From the IMG/VR virus record IMGVR_UViG_3300032797_000632, positions 62,142 to 126,141 of that record: a stretch of 64,000 nucleotides of DNA; one strand, written 5' to 3'. The position numbers and the translations under genes were made by a program. Shown here in pieces: positions 47,045-56,749 of this stretch (the first letter of the stretch is position 1; each line of letters opens with the position of its first letter). The notes under the pieces were generated by a model. That model was not told the origin of the DNA. It saw only the letters and a list, made by a program, of their open reading frames with translations, and did not search any database. The DNA is from a virus.

Positions 47045-49684
47045 ATGCTACCACTTGAATTGAGGGCAAAGGGATGGAAGGGCCTGCGGAACCTTGTGGG
47101 ATCCGGGGAGCTGGCGGTAGACCTCCGGGGGCTCGCCGGCATGATCGGCATCCAGGGGGACAACGGAATGGGCAAGACCACCTTTCTCGAGCTGATCCAG
47201 CCCCACCGGATGATGGTCTCCCGCGGGTCGGAGAGCCTGAAAAGCCAGATATTCATGGATGCTCACAAGGACCTGACCTTCCAGATCAAGGATAGGATTT
47301 ACCGATCCCTCACGCGGATCAAGGAGCGGACAGGCAAAACCGAGGCGTTCATTTGGGAGGATGGAACCCTGATGAACGAAAACGGGAACTGCGACATCCA
47401 CGACGAGATCGTTTCCCGGCTCCAGGGGACGCCCGAGATGTTTTTCGCCTCGGTGTTCTGCGCCCAAAAAGGGAACCGCTCCCGCCGGATCACGGAGCTG
47501 ACCAAGGGGGAGCGCAAGGGGCTGATCATCCAGTTTATGAACCTGGCCCAGCTCGAGGAGTGGCAGGCCACGGCCAAGGCCCTGCGGGATGTGATTGCCA
47601 CCAAGCGCCAGGAGGCGCAGAGGGAGGTCGAAGGCCTTCGTGCGAGGCTCCTGCCCGATCCCGGGGCGTTTGAAAAGGAGATGGAGAAGGTCAAATTCCA
47701 GATTCAGGACCTCCTGCTGCGGAAGGGGGAGATCGAGAGCTGGCTCGAGGTGGCTCAGGTGGCGGAGAAGGAGGCACTGGCCCGGGTGCGGGAAGAGGGG
47801 GAGAAGGACTCCCGCAAGCGGGCGAAGGGGGAGGAGATCGAGCGGATCGAGTCGAGGGTCGAAAAGGCCCGGGTGCGGATCAAGGATCTCGGCCTTGAGC
47901 AATCCCGGATCCGGGTGCAGGACTTGGCATCCGACCCGGAGGCGATCCGGAAGAAAATAAAGCAGGCCGAGATGGCGATCCAGGATGCGGAGCGTGCACA
48001 AGCCTTCGACGCCGGGGAGCTGAAGAAATACGAGGAAGCCCTCGAGGTGGCGAATGATCGGGCGAAGAAGGAACTGGAGATCGCCGGGGAGGAAAAGGGC
48101 ATCCGGGGAAGGATCGACTCCCAAAAGAAGTACCGCACCGAGATTCAGCAGACCTTGGGGATCGTGGACGGCCAGAAGGGGCTGGCAGAGAAGCTGGCGG
48201 ACCTAGCCCGGCAATCCGGGGAGGTGGAGGTCGATCTGGACGATGTCGATGGGAGGATCGTAGACCACGAGGGGTTGGTGAATGGCCTCGAGGAAAAGGC
48301 CCGGGAGGAGGCGAGGGTCGATCTGGAGAGGGAGTCCTTGACCGGCAGGGCCAAGGCCCTGTCCAAGCAGGCGGATATCCTCGGCCAACGGCCGGCGGAA
48401 TGCCGGATTGACGGGTGCGCCTTTATCAAGGGGGCACTGGATGCCTCGAAGGAAATATCCGAAATCAAAAAGCAGATCGAAGCCCTCCCGCAGGTGAGGG
48501 ACCGTGAATCAAGGCAGAGGGATGTCGAAACGGCTAAGGACATCGAGAAGAAAATCCGGGCGGAGCGGGACAGTCTGAAAAGCCGGCTCGTCGAGCTGGA
48601 GGCGGAATCGACCCGGGTGTCGGAGTCGATCAAACTGGCCGAACAGGCCACGGAGAGGATCAAGCAGATCGACGGGGATATCGCCCGGCTCGAAGAGGAG
48701 CTTCGGAACCTTCCCACCCCGGATTCGCAGCAGACGCAGAAGATGATCAACGAGGCGAAGGCGGGGGTGCAGCGGGAAAAGGAAAATCTTGATCGGGCCC
48801 GGGAACATGTCAAAAAGAACAATGACCGGAGGATCGAGGAGACGGAGCGCCTGCGGGTGGCGGAGCTGGCGCAGGAGCGGATCCGGTCCATCAGCGACAA
48901 AATCGCCTCGGAGGAGTCCGGCCTGTCCGCGGAGGAGGGGCTGCTCAAGGATCGCCGGGGCGAGTGGGAGGCGATCATCGTCGATCTGTCTTGGGCGAAA
49001 AAGCTGCAGGACGCCCAGGCCGACCTGAAAAAATGGCGGGACGGGCTCTCCACAAACCAGAGGGATGCGGAGGGGAAAAGGGTCTCGCTGGTGTCGATGG
49101 AAGGCCAACTCAAAGCTGACCGGGAGGTTCGGGCGGGGATCGAGTCCACGGACTCGAGGATCGCCATGCTGGGCCGGGAGGCCGGGGAGTGGGACCTACT
49201 CCAGACCCTGTGCGGGCGGGATCACCTGCAGGCTTATGAGATTGACGCCTCGGCGCCGATCATCACCGGGCTGGCCAACGACCTGCTCAAGACCACCTTC
49301 GGGGACCGTTTCGCCATCCGGTTCCAGACGCTCAAGGACGGCAAGGAGGTGTTTGATGTGCTGGTCTACGACCAGGAGATCGGGGAGGAGAAGGACATCC
49401 GGGACATCTCCGGGGGCGAGGAGGTGTGGATCCTCAAGGCCCTGCGCCTGGCGATGACCCTTTTGACAAAGGAGAGGAGCGGGAAAACCTACCACACGAT
49501 TTTCGGGGACGAGGAGGACGGCAAGCTGTCGATCCAGAACCGCATGGCCTACCTGCAGATGTACCGGAAAATGCTGGCCATCGGGGGGTTCACCTGCTGC
49601 TACCTCGTCAGCCATACCCCGGAGCTGACCGAAGCCTGCGACCACCGCCTGCGGTTCAGGGCGGGGGGAATTGATGTGGATTGA
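47045..49684 (+). CDS. sbcC: SbcC/Rad50-like SMC ATPase
   Basis: Walker A GDNGMGKT, Q loop, long coiled coil, Cys hook CRIDGC, ISGGE, IFGDEEDG, VSH. Confidence 0.9.
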   Translation: MLPLELRAKGWKGLRNLVGSGELAVDLRGLAGMIGIQGDNGMGKTTFLELIQPHRMMVSRGSESLKSQIFMDAHKDLTFQIKDRIYRSLTRIKERTGKTEAFIWEDGTLMNENGNCDIHDEIVSRLQGTPEMFFASVFCAQKGNRSRRITELTKGERKGLIIQFMNLAQLEEWQATAKALRDVIATKRQEAQREVEGLRARLLPDPGAFEKEMEKVKFQIQDLLLRKGEIESWLEVAQVAEKEALARVREEGEKDSRKRAKGEEIERIESRVEKARVRIKDLGLEQSRIRVQDLASDPEAIRKKIKQAEMAIQDAERAQAFDAGELKKYEEALEVANDRAKKELEIAGEEKGIRGRIDSQKKYRTEIQQTLGIVDGQKGLAEKLADLARQSGEVEVDLDDVDGRIVDHEGLVNGLEEKAREEARVDLERESLTGRAKALSKQADILGQRPAECRIDGCAFIKGALDASKEISEIKKQIEALPQVRDRESRQRDVETAKDIEKKIRAERDSLKSRLVELEAESTRVSESIKLAEQATERIKQIDGDIARLEEELRNLPTPDSQQTQKMINEAKAGVQREKENLDRAREHVKKNNDRRIEETERLRVAELAQERIRSISDKIASEESGLSAEEGLLKDRRGEWEAIIVDLSWAKKLQDAQADLKKWRDGLSTNQRDAEGKRVSLVSMEGQLKADREVRAGIESTDSRIAMLGREAGEWDLLQTLCGRDHLQAYEIDASAPIITGLANDLLKTTFGDRFAIRFQTLKDGKEVFDVLVYDQEIGEEKDIRDISGGEEVWILKALRLAMTLLTKERSGKTYHTIFGDEEDGKLSIQNRMAYLQMYRKMLAIGGFTCCYLVSHTPELTEACDHRLRFRAGGIDVD

Positions 49685-49701
49685 ACCCGGCATGATGGGG
49701 A

Positions 49702-49730
49702 TTGACCGGGAAGCAGGCATTTGATATGCT
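49702..49730 (+). promoter_or_regulatory. Sigma70-like promoter
   Basis: TTGACC-N17-TATGCT with extended TG, upstream of the MerR-like gene. Confidence 0.6.
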
Positions 49731-49765
49731 TCGGAAGGGAATGAGAACGAAAGGAGGAGGTTGAT

Positions 49766-49993
49766 ATGGTATTCAAGAGGCCGACGAACGGGATATTCTA
49801 TGTCCAGGATGTCTGTCGGGAGGCCGGCATCAAGGAGGCAACCCTGCTCCGGCTTGAGAAGCGCGGAAAGATACCCAAGGCATCGAGGGACCGGAATAAA
49901 TGGAGGGTTTACACCCGGGAGCAGGTCGACCTGATCGTGGCCTTTGCGAAGGCGGTCTATCCCCCGGAGGAAAAAAACGAGCCAGAGGAATAG
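49766..49993 (+). CDS. MerR-family HTH protein
   Basis: DVCREAGIKEATLLRLEKRGKIP...RDRNKWRVYT. Confidence 0.85.
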   Translation: MVFKRPTNGIFYVQDVCREAGIKEATLLRLEKRGKIPKASRDRNKWRVYTREQVDLIVAFAKAVYPPEEKNEPEE

Positions 49994-50016
49994 GCCCGAG
50001 TCCACGATTGTGGAAA

Positions 50017-50592
50017 ATGTTCGGCGAGCCCCACATCGGAATACCCGTAAGCCTGCTCAACAGGCTTCGGGAGTTCAACCTGACCGAGTTATGGATCCTG
50101 CTCTATTGCTTCAAGGTTCGGGTCGAGGGGGCGGACAGAATAACCAACGAGGAGGTGGAGTCCGAGTTTGGAATGGGCAAGGAGCAAACGGAGGTGGCCC
50201 TCGCCCGCCTAGAGACCGCCGGGTGGCTGGCACGGAACGAGTCGGGGGAGTGGATCATGGGAGTGGACGGGAGGAGGCAGGAGCAGACGAGCCTCCTGCC
50301 GGTGGTCCACGCATCGGACGAGGAGGCGGAGGCCCTGAGGATTTTGCGGGCGATCCCCGGATTCCCGAAGAACGACACCCGCACCATCGAGGTGATTCGA
50401 AACGCCATGAGGGCGCACCCGGAGATCGACCTGCTACCCTTGGTGAGGGATTGGGCGGCGTACAAGCGGGATGTGCCGCTCGAGAGGAAAAGCAACCCGT
50501 ACTCCCAGATGACCAACCAGTTCGTGATGGCAGAGAAGAGGGGAAGGTACAAGCGGGGGGACGGGCAGGTCAAGAAGGCCGCATGGAAATGA
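50017..50592 (+). CDS. Putative replication initiator (winged HTH)
   Basis: LTELWILLY...ALARLETAGWL; directly upstream of the DnaC-like gene; start uncertain. Confidence 0.55.
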   Translation: MFGEPHIGIPVSLLNRLREFNLTELWILLYCFKVRVEGADRITNEEVESEFGMGKEQTEVALARLETAGWLARNESGEWIMGVDGRRQEQTSLLPVVHASDEEAEALRILRAIPGFPKNDTRTIEVIRNAMRAHPEIDLLPLVRDWAAYKRDVPLERKSNPYSQMTNQFVMAEKRGRYKRGDGQVKKAAWK

Positions 50593-51371
50593 ACGACGAG
50601 ACCAGCAAGCTCGACATAGATGTCCAGAAGATAATCGGCAACATCACCGCCGGCGACGGAGTCGTTTCGGCCCCGGTCCCGGACTGCCCGGACTGCAGGG
50701 ACATCGGGTTTGTGGACCGGGTCTGCGATGGGAAGAGGGTGGTGGTCGAGTGCACCTGTCGCCGGGAGAAGATGATCAAGGCGGTGGTCGGGGAGCACTT
50801 CTACGAGAAGGCCAAGACCTTCGACTCCTACCACCCCATCAACCGCGGGCAGGCGGAAGCCCTCAACCGGATCAAGGAAAACCCCGACGGATCGTACTTC
50901 CTTTACGGGGATCACGGCGTGGGCAAGACCCACCTGCTGGCCTGCCAGTACTCGTGGATGGCGCGGAACAGGCCAGGGAGGCATCTGATATTTGTCAGCG
51001 ACTCCGACCTGTCGTCCTCGCTCATGGCCTCGATAAAGGACGAGGCCAAGGAGCCGGTCATCACTCCGGAGCGGATCAAAAAGGCCGCCGGGGGATTCCA
51101 TTTGTTTATAAAAGAGTTCGGCAAAACCATATGGAGGCCGATCATTCAGGAGCACTTGTTTACCATCATCGACACCATTTATTGCCGGTGGAGCGGAAAG
51201 GAAAGCGGGTTCGGGGTGTCCATCGCCTCCAACCTGTCCATCGAGGATACGGTGAAGGGGTTCGAGGAGCTGGAGAAGTTTCACGGATTCGGGGGCGGAA
51301 TCGCCCGGAGGGTGGAGGAAATGGCGGGGAGCATGTTGGAGATTCGCAAGCGAAAGGAGGACGGGAAATGA
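50589..51371 (+). CDS. DnaC/IstB-like helicase loader ATPase
   Basis: CPDC...CTC zinc motif, TFDSY, Walker A GDHGVGKTHL, IASNL. Confidence 0.85.
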   Translation: MNDETSKLDIDVQKIIGNITAGDGVVSAPVPDCPDCRDIGFVDRVCDGKRVVVECTCRREKMIKAVVGEHFYEKAKTFDSYHPINRGQAEALNRIKENPDGSYFLYGDHGVGKTHLLACQYSWMARNRPGRHLIFVSDSDLSSSLMASIKDEAKEPVITPERIKKAAGGFHLFIKEFGKTIWRPIIQEHLFTIIDTIYCRWSGKESGFGVSIASNLSIEDTVKGFEELEKFHGFGGGIARRVEEMAGSMLEIRKRKEDGK

Positions 51372-52294
51372 CGGAGAAGGAGAAGAGCAAGGAGAAGGGG
51401 TCCGAGAAAGCGAAGGAAAAAGCGGGGAGGAAATGCCCGAGCTGTGGCAGGGAGATAACCCCGAAGAACAACATCATTCATTTCAAGCGCCCCGGGGGGG
51501 AGGACGGCACCCGGTGCGACCATTGCTTTGTGGAGGAGTCCACGAGGCCGGCGAATGGCAAGGGGGCCAAGATGCCGAAAGAGACCCGGCAGATATGGGA
51601 GAGGGCGAAGGAGGGGCTGATCAAGCTCTGTCGGGACATTAACCGGAACTACTTCGAGATCGGGAAAAACCTGTTCGAGATAAACCGGGACAAGCTGTGG
51701 GCGGCGGAGTACGCCAGCCTCGAGGAGTTTGTGGAGAAGGTCCTCGAGTTCAGGAAGAGCAAGGCGTACCAGCTGATCCAGATATACGAGGTGTTCGGAA
51801 AGGACTTCGGCTACACGGCCGAGACCCTGCAGGAGAAGAACTGGACCAAGCTCCGGGGCCTCCTCCGGCTCCACAAGGACGGGCTCCTGACCAAGAAGAA
51901 CGTCAAGGAGTGGATGGACAAGATCGGGGACCTGAGGGGGGATGACTTCGACCGGACCATCGCCCTCGCCCTCGGCAAGACGGATCCGAAGGAGGTGGCG
52001 CAGACCCGGCTGATCTTCGTGGCCGAGAACCCCGAGCAGGCATCGGTGATAACCGGAGCCGTCGACCACATGATGAGGGTCATCGGGGGGGGGGTCGGAA
52101 GGACCGCCGCCCTCGAGTGCATATGCGCCGACTACATGGCGGGGGCCGATCCCGAGAATCCGCAGGCACCCGAGCGCATCCTAGCGATGGCGCAGAAAAT
52201 CCTCGAGAGCATGAAGCCGGAGGAGGGGGTGGCCGGTGCGACGGACGATTCCAAGAAGGCGGAAAAAGGGGCGGGAGCGGGAAAACCGTTTTAA
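51368..52294 (+). CDS. Hypothetical DNA-binding protein (zinc ribbon plus helical domain)
   Basis: CPSC...CDHC; FEIGKNLFEI...YASLEEFV...KSKAYQLI. Confidence 0.6.
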   Translation: MTEKEKSKEKGSEKAKEKAGRKCPSCGREITPKNNIIHFKRPGGEDGTRCDHCFVEESTRPANGKGAKMPKETRQIWERAKEGLIKLCRDINRNYFEIGKNLFEINRDKLWAAEYASLEEFVEKVLEFRKSKAYQLIQIYEVFGKDFGYTAETLQEKNWTKLRGLLRLHKDGLLTKKNVKEWMDKIGDLRGDDFDRTIALALGKTDPKEVAQTRLIFVAENPEQASVITGAVDHMMRVIGGGVGRTAALECICADYMAGADPENPQAPERILAMAQKILESMKPEEGVAGATDDSKKAEKGAGAGKPF

Positions 52295-52652
52295 TTCTTG
52301 GCGGGATCCCGCCGGGAAAAAACCTGAGCCCCCGAAAAAAGAATCATACATCGGGTTTCTGAGGAAGCTGTTTGACCGCGACGGTTGGGTGTGCAGGAAC
52401 CCGTTCTGCGGGTCCAAGAGAAACCAGACCTGCCACCACATCAAAAAGCGGAGCCTCGGCGGAAAGACCGAGATGTCCAACTGCGTGACCATCTGCTTCG
52501 ATTGTCACCGGGCCAACGAGGACGGGAAGCTCAAGATCGAGCAGTCCGGTGTCGACCCGATGATCGTCTCGTTCGAAGACCGCCGGTATGGAATGTCCAA
52601 GAGCATCGAGATCCGCAACGAGGCACCATATAAACAGGGAGGAAAAATATAA
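52236..52652 (+). CDS. HNH endonuclease (start uncertain)
   Basis: RDGWVC...CG...HHIKKRSLGG...NCVTICFDCH. Confidence 0.8.
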   Translation: MRRTIPRRRKKGRERENRFNSWRDPAGKKPEPPKKESYIGFLRKLFDRDGWVCRNPFCGSKRNQTCHHIKKRSLGGKTEMSNCVTICFDCHRANEDGKLKIEQSGVDPMIVSFEDRRYGMSKSIEIRNEAPYKQGGKI

Positions 52653-52665
52653 AGGAGAACCGCAA

Positions 52666-53643
52666 ATGATGTGGGATGAGATAGTGGAAGAAACCATAAA
52701 CAATGCGGGGCCATCTGATGGATGGATGGTCGAGGAATTCAAGGGATTGTCATCGCAAGTTCAATGCTTTGAGATAACCAATATTTTCGAATGGGTGGTG
52801 GATTACGAGGAGAATCATGACGAAAAGCCGGATGTCGGACATTGCAAGCCCCCCTGCCCATCGTGGTTTATGGATTTCAAGGCGGTAGATAAATCGAGGG
52901 TAGGAATTTGGGTTAGCACATTTCCAATGGTGAAAAGAATGAAAAGCATGATAGAGGGCTCCGTAACCAAGGCGATTCCAGATCCGGATGAATTCATGAC
53001 TTCGATGTTCGAGGAAACAAGAAAGGCGGGGGAGGAAAAGACATTCAAGCAAATATTGGACGATGAGGATTATTTCTACAAGATGGATTTGTATTTAAAA
53101 GGCGACACTAGGTCCATATTTAGGCAGGGATTTTTTATATTTTCGGATAGATGCATAAAAAAGATGTCGGTACTTTCCCCTATGGGCGAGGAAAATGTCG
53201 AAGGTGCAAAGCAAGTGGCGGCGCTGGCCATGAATATGCTTCTTTACTTTCTTTTGTTTGTAAATGCCAAAAACATCACTATTCAGACATTCAGGCGTCC
53301 CGATGATAAAATAAATAAAAAGAGGGGAAAAAACGGGAAACCCCCTCTCGCCATTTACAAGGTCCTCACCATCGACCCGAGCAAAGTCTCGAGGGAGTTC
53401 CTCCCGCGAATGACGGGCAGGGGCATGGAGGGGCTGCGATATCATTTCTGCAGGGGCCATATCAAAAGCTACACAGAGGATTCTCCGCTGTTCGGAAAAT
53501 TCTCCGGCACATGGTTCTGGTCCCCGACGATGCGGGGGAAGAAAAGTGCCGGGGAGGTTCATAAAACCTACAGAGTCGAGATCGACGGGAAAGGAGGAGG
53601 AGATGGCAGAGAGAAAGAAGGCAGGGATAGCTCCGACGGCTAG
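52666..53643 (+). CDS. Hypothetical phage protein
   Basis: AAGGAG RBS; C-terminal RYHFCRGH...WFWSP motif; AT-rich 5' part. Confidence 0.6.
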   Translation: MMWDEIVEETINNAGPSDGWMVEEFKGLSSQVQCFEITNIFEWVVDYEENHDEKPDVGHCKPPCPSWFMDFKAVDKSRVGIWVSTFPMVKRMKSMIEGSVTKAIPDPDEFMTSMFEETRKAGEEKTFKQILDDEDYFYKMDLYLKGDTRSIFRQGFFIFSDRCIKKMSVLSPMGEENVEGAKQVAALAMNMLLYFLLFVNAKNITIQTFRRPDDKINKKRGKNGKPPLAIYKVLTIDPSKVSREFLPRMTGRGMEGLRYHFCRGHIKSYTEDSPLFGKFSGTWFWSPTMRGKKSAGEVHKTYRVEIDGKGGGDGREKEGRDSSDG

Positions 53644-54337
53644 GGTAGAAGAACCCTTGAGGGCACTTACCAATCCGGACGGAACCATGTCGTTCAAGGA
53701 TGCGGCGGAGAGGGTGCTGAAAAAGGCTAGGCGTCCTCTCCATTACAAGCAGATTGTTGCAAATGCGATCAGGGACAGGTTGATATCGCTGGAGGGGAAA
53801 ACCCCCGAGGCGACGATGCTCGCACGCCTGGGGGGAGACATAAGCTCCCTCAAGGAGAGGTCGCGGTTCGTCAAGCTCGAGCCCGGGGTCTACGGACTGG
53901 CCTCTTGGAAAATTCAATCCGTCCCCAAGGCGGAGCCGACTCCGGCGAATAAAATGGTGACAAAGCCTGCTCCGGCCCGGGAGCCGAAGCCTGCCCCGGC
54001 ATCGCCTCCGGCCCCGCAGAAAACCCCCGAGCGAAAGCCAGCGGGAGAGTCCCTGTCCCTCGAGTTCGCCTTCGGGGCGGAAAAGGACCTGAAAGATGTG
54101 ACCGAGGCGCTGGCCCTCGCCGGAGCCATCTACCCGGACTTCGACTCGCAGGAGTCGCAGCTCTCCCTGATCTGCACCCACTTTTTAGCGAACCACCCGA
54201 CGGACGACGGAAACCTCAACCCGATGAAAAGACTTTTTAGGGCATGGGAGCAGGGGTACGATGTCCAGATTCTGATGATCCACAACGGCGATGTGGAGTT
54301 CGGGGCGGACCTGCTCAAGGAAATCCGCGGGGCTTAA
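53603..54337 (+). CDS. HARE-HTH protein 2
   Basis: MSFKDAAERVL...LHYKQI...GKTPEATMLARLG...RFVKLEPGVYGL, closely similar to the 40945 N-terminus. Confidence 0.7.
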   Translation: MAERKKAGIAPTARVEEPLRALTNPDGTMSFKDAAERVLKKARRPLHYKQIVANAIRDRLISLEGKTPEATMLARLGGDISSLKERSRFVKLEPGVYGLASWKIQSVPKAEPTPANKMVTKPAPAREPKPAPASPPAPQKTPERKPAGESLSLEFAFGAEKDLKDVTEALALAGAIYPDFDSQESQLSLICTHFLANHPTDDGNLNPMKRLFRAWEQGYDVQILMIHNGDVEFGADLLKEIRGA

Positions 54338-54467
54338 CCAAATGGGCCAGCTTGATAAAATAGTAAAGCACGGGCGATAATATAACCTCCAGTATTCTCT
54401 ATCTGATTCTCAGTCACCAGCGGGGCCGGACATGGTGTCCAGCCCCGCACCGTTCTTCGGATAAATT

Positions 54468-54543
54468 GCCGAAATAGCTCAGACGGGAGAGCGGGTGACC
54501 CGTATTCACCAGGCCGGGGGTTCGCCCCCCCCTTTCGGCTCCA
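54468..54543 (+). tRNA. tRNA-Thr(CGT), atypical loops, CCA encoded
   Basis: 76-nt cloverleaf: GCCGAAA/TTTCGGC, GCTC/GAGC, GGTGA/TCACC with loop CCCGTAT, GGGGG/CCCCC with loop TTCGCCC, then T-CCA. Confidence 0.8.
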
Positions 54544-54554
54544 ATAGGTTCTTA

Positions 54555-54582
54555 TTGACAGCAACGGCCAGATTAATATAAT
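54555..54582 (+). promoter_or_regulatory. Consensus sigma70 promoter
   Basis: TTGACA-N16-TATAAT. Confidence 0.7.
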
Positions 54583-54823
54583 ATATCTTTCATGGAGAGG
54601 TCGGGTTCCATCGGATACGATTCCCCATATGTAAAAAAGCTCGTCACGGGCGTCGGGAAGGTCCTCGAGACGCTCAGCATATTATCATTCGACATAAAAT
54701 TGTGGTTTTGGATCCACGGGCTTCGGAAGCATCTGGAGTCCAAGATCGCCGAGGCCGAGGCTAAAACTAAAGCTGAAAATAGATAGGTTTGTCAATTCCA
54801 CGAATGTGGAAAGGAGGAGTCAG

Positions 54824-55537
54824 ATGCAGGGGAATACAAGCGGCACGAGGATGGAGGGACTGATGAGGGGGCGGCTCGACCACAAAGCCATCGCCGGCAA
54901 GTACAAGGGTGAGATCGACAAACGGGGCCACCGCCCGGACATGGCCGTCGAGGCGTCGGCGGATCTCAACGGGAAAAGGAAGTCCGTGCGGGTGGCGTTC
55001 AATCGCCAGCTCGGGAGGCCGTCGGACGCGCAGTTTGACGGCTTCGTCGCCTCGGCCTTCCCCGGACACGAGATCAACTGGAAAACTGCCAAGATCGACG
55101 AGCACGGGATGCAGGCGGAGATCCGGGTGCGTGAGGAGAGGGTGCCGGTCCCGGACATCAAATCGATCCCCCAGGGGTTCGAGCGTGTGGCCTCGGCCAC
55201 CTATGTCAAGCGGGGCGACAAGTCGTTCTCCGTGTGGCGCCTCGAGAAGGACGCCGGCGGGCTGTGCCTCGTGCGGGAGCAGGACGAGACGACTTCCCCC
55301 GCCACCAACGAGTTCAAGGCCAACCAGCTGGTCCGCACCCCCGAGGGCGACGCCGTGGTGATCCTGATCACCGGTGACCGGGCCCGGGTGCGCATGCCCG
55401 ACGGGACGGAGCGGGAGCATGGCGTCAAGGTGCTGGCGGTCTACGAGTCCGAGGAGGAGAAGAAGAAGATGGTCGAGTACTACACCAAGGCGTATGGCGA
55501 CGCCGAGTACGCCCGGAAGCTCGTCTACGGGGAATAG
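54824..55537 (+). CDS. Hypothetical protein with SH3/KOW-like C-terminal region
   Basis: AGGAGG RBS; FKANQLVRTPEGDAVVI...ARVRMPDG. Confidence 0.55.
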   Translation: MQGNTSGTRMEGLMRGRLDHKAIAGKYKGEIDKRGHRPDMAVEASADLNGKRKSVRVAFNRQLGRPSDAQFDGFVASAFPGHEINWKTAKIDEHGMQAEIRVREERVPVPDIKSIPQGFERVASATYVKRGDKSFSVWRLEKDAGGLCLVREQDETTSPATNEFKANQLVRTPEGDAVVILITGDRARVRMPDGTEREHGVKVLAVYESEEEKKKMVEYYTKAYGDAEYARKLVYGE

Positions 55538-55573
55538 CCCCCGGCGGACCCGCAAACACGAGGGGGAATCGTA

Positions 55574-56680
55574 ATGGAAAAGATATCCTATCTCGACAAG
55601 AGGGGGCTTGACACGGCGGCCGGGCAGAGGTTCGCCCGCCGGTATCCGGGTAAAGGCGGGATCCCGCCCAATGCCCCGAGGACAAAGATGTGGAAACTCG
55701 AGGCGTCGTCCCGGGCCACGAGGAGGCCGGCGGAGGCCGAGCTTCTCACCAACGCCCAGCTGGAGGCCATCATTTGCCCGTTAGCCCGAACGGACCAATC
55801 GCTCGGGCGCCTGGCGCATTACGCCAGGGAGCAATCTAGGCAGTGGCCACAGGGCGGGATCTCCGAGCGCCAGCTCGAGGGTCTCCGGCGGGTATTCGGG
55901 GTGCGTAACCCCCGGGCGGCCAAGACGCTCAAGACCCTGCAGGACCTGGCGGTCACCGGAGAGCTCCGGGGCATATTCGCCGGGGGCAAGGGTAGTCCGT
56001 CTTATGATCGGGCGGTGAGTGCCAAGATCGAGTCCGCTTCCGGCATGCGCTTCAAGCGGGGCGAGCTGGTGATGACCGCTACCCGGCGCGAGGGCAAGAT
56101 CGAGGACATCAGCCCCGAGCGGAGGATGTACCTCGTCGACTACGGCGACTCCCAGGGCTGGGTCCGGGAGTCCGACCTTCAGAGGCCGGCCGGCAAGAAG
56201 TCCGCGGACAAGTTCGGCATCGCCTCCATCCGGGCGGCGATCCGGCCATTGGGCCAGAGGCCGATCATGCCCACGGCCAGAACGAACAAGGCGGTCGAGG
56301 ATCAGGTGCGCAGGCTCCTGTCGCAGTTTTCATTTCCCTCATATCCCCGTCTGCAGTTCGCCGGGCTCCGGGATGTGGAGTACGACCCGTCCGGATCCAT
56401 CCGGCGTGCGGTGGCGAACTTCATGGTCGGGTGCGGGACGCCCATCGGGCACTTCCTGCAGATCGAGGTGGCGGTTCCCATCACCGGGGACGGCCAGGCG
56501 TACATGCCGAGCCAGTTCAAGATGGGGAGCCAGGTGTACCCCCTGACGCAGGAGGCGCTCAACGGCCTTTTCAGGTCGATGGTCGTCGACAGGCCAGTGG
56601 CCGTCAACATCATGACCCCACGGTCCCAGGTGGTCGCCCGCCCGCAGTTCAAGGACCACATGTTTGGCCGGACGATGTAG
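55574..56680 (+). CDS. Hypothetical protein with SH3/Tudor-like segment
   Basis: FKRGELV...GKIEDI...YLVDYGD..WVRESDL. Confidence 0.55.
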   Translation: MEKISYLDKRGLDTAAGQRFARRYPGKGGIPPNAPRTKMWKLEASSRATRRPAEAELLTNAQLEAIICPLARTDQSLGRLAHYAREQSRQWPQGGISERQLEGLRRVFGVRNPRAAKTLKTLQDLAVTGELRGIFAGGKGSPSYDRAVSAKIESASGMRFKRGELVMTATRREGKIEDISPERRMYLVDYGDSQGWVRESDLQRPAGKKSADKFGIASIRAAIRPLGQRPIMPTARTNKAVEDQVRRLLSQFSFPSYPRLQFAGLRDVEYDPSGSIRRAVANFMVGCGTPIGHFLQIEVAVPITGDGQAYMPSQFKMGSQVYPLTQEALNGLFRSMVVDRPVAVNIMTPRSQVVARPQFKDHMFGRTM

Positions 56681-56749
56681 GGGCCGGCGGACAGGACCAT
56701 GTTTTCCACAATCGTGGAAAATGCACCATAGAGTTTGAAAGGGGGGGCA

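Noticed and set aside
45994-47256. ORFs across the pentamer array (45994-46536, 46356-46613, 46547-46762, 46885-47256)
   Set aside because: Low-complexity translations (TRPDQT, VRSGMV) produced by the 5-nt period; no RBS, and a period of 5 does not fit codon structure
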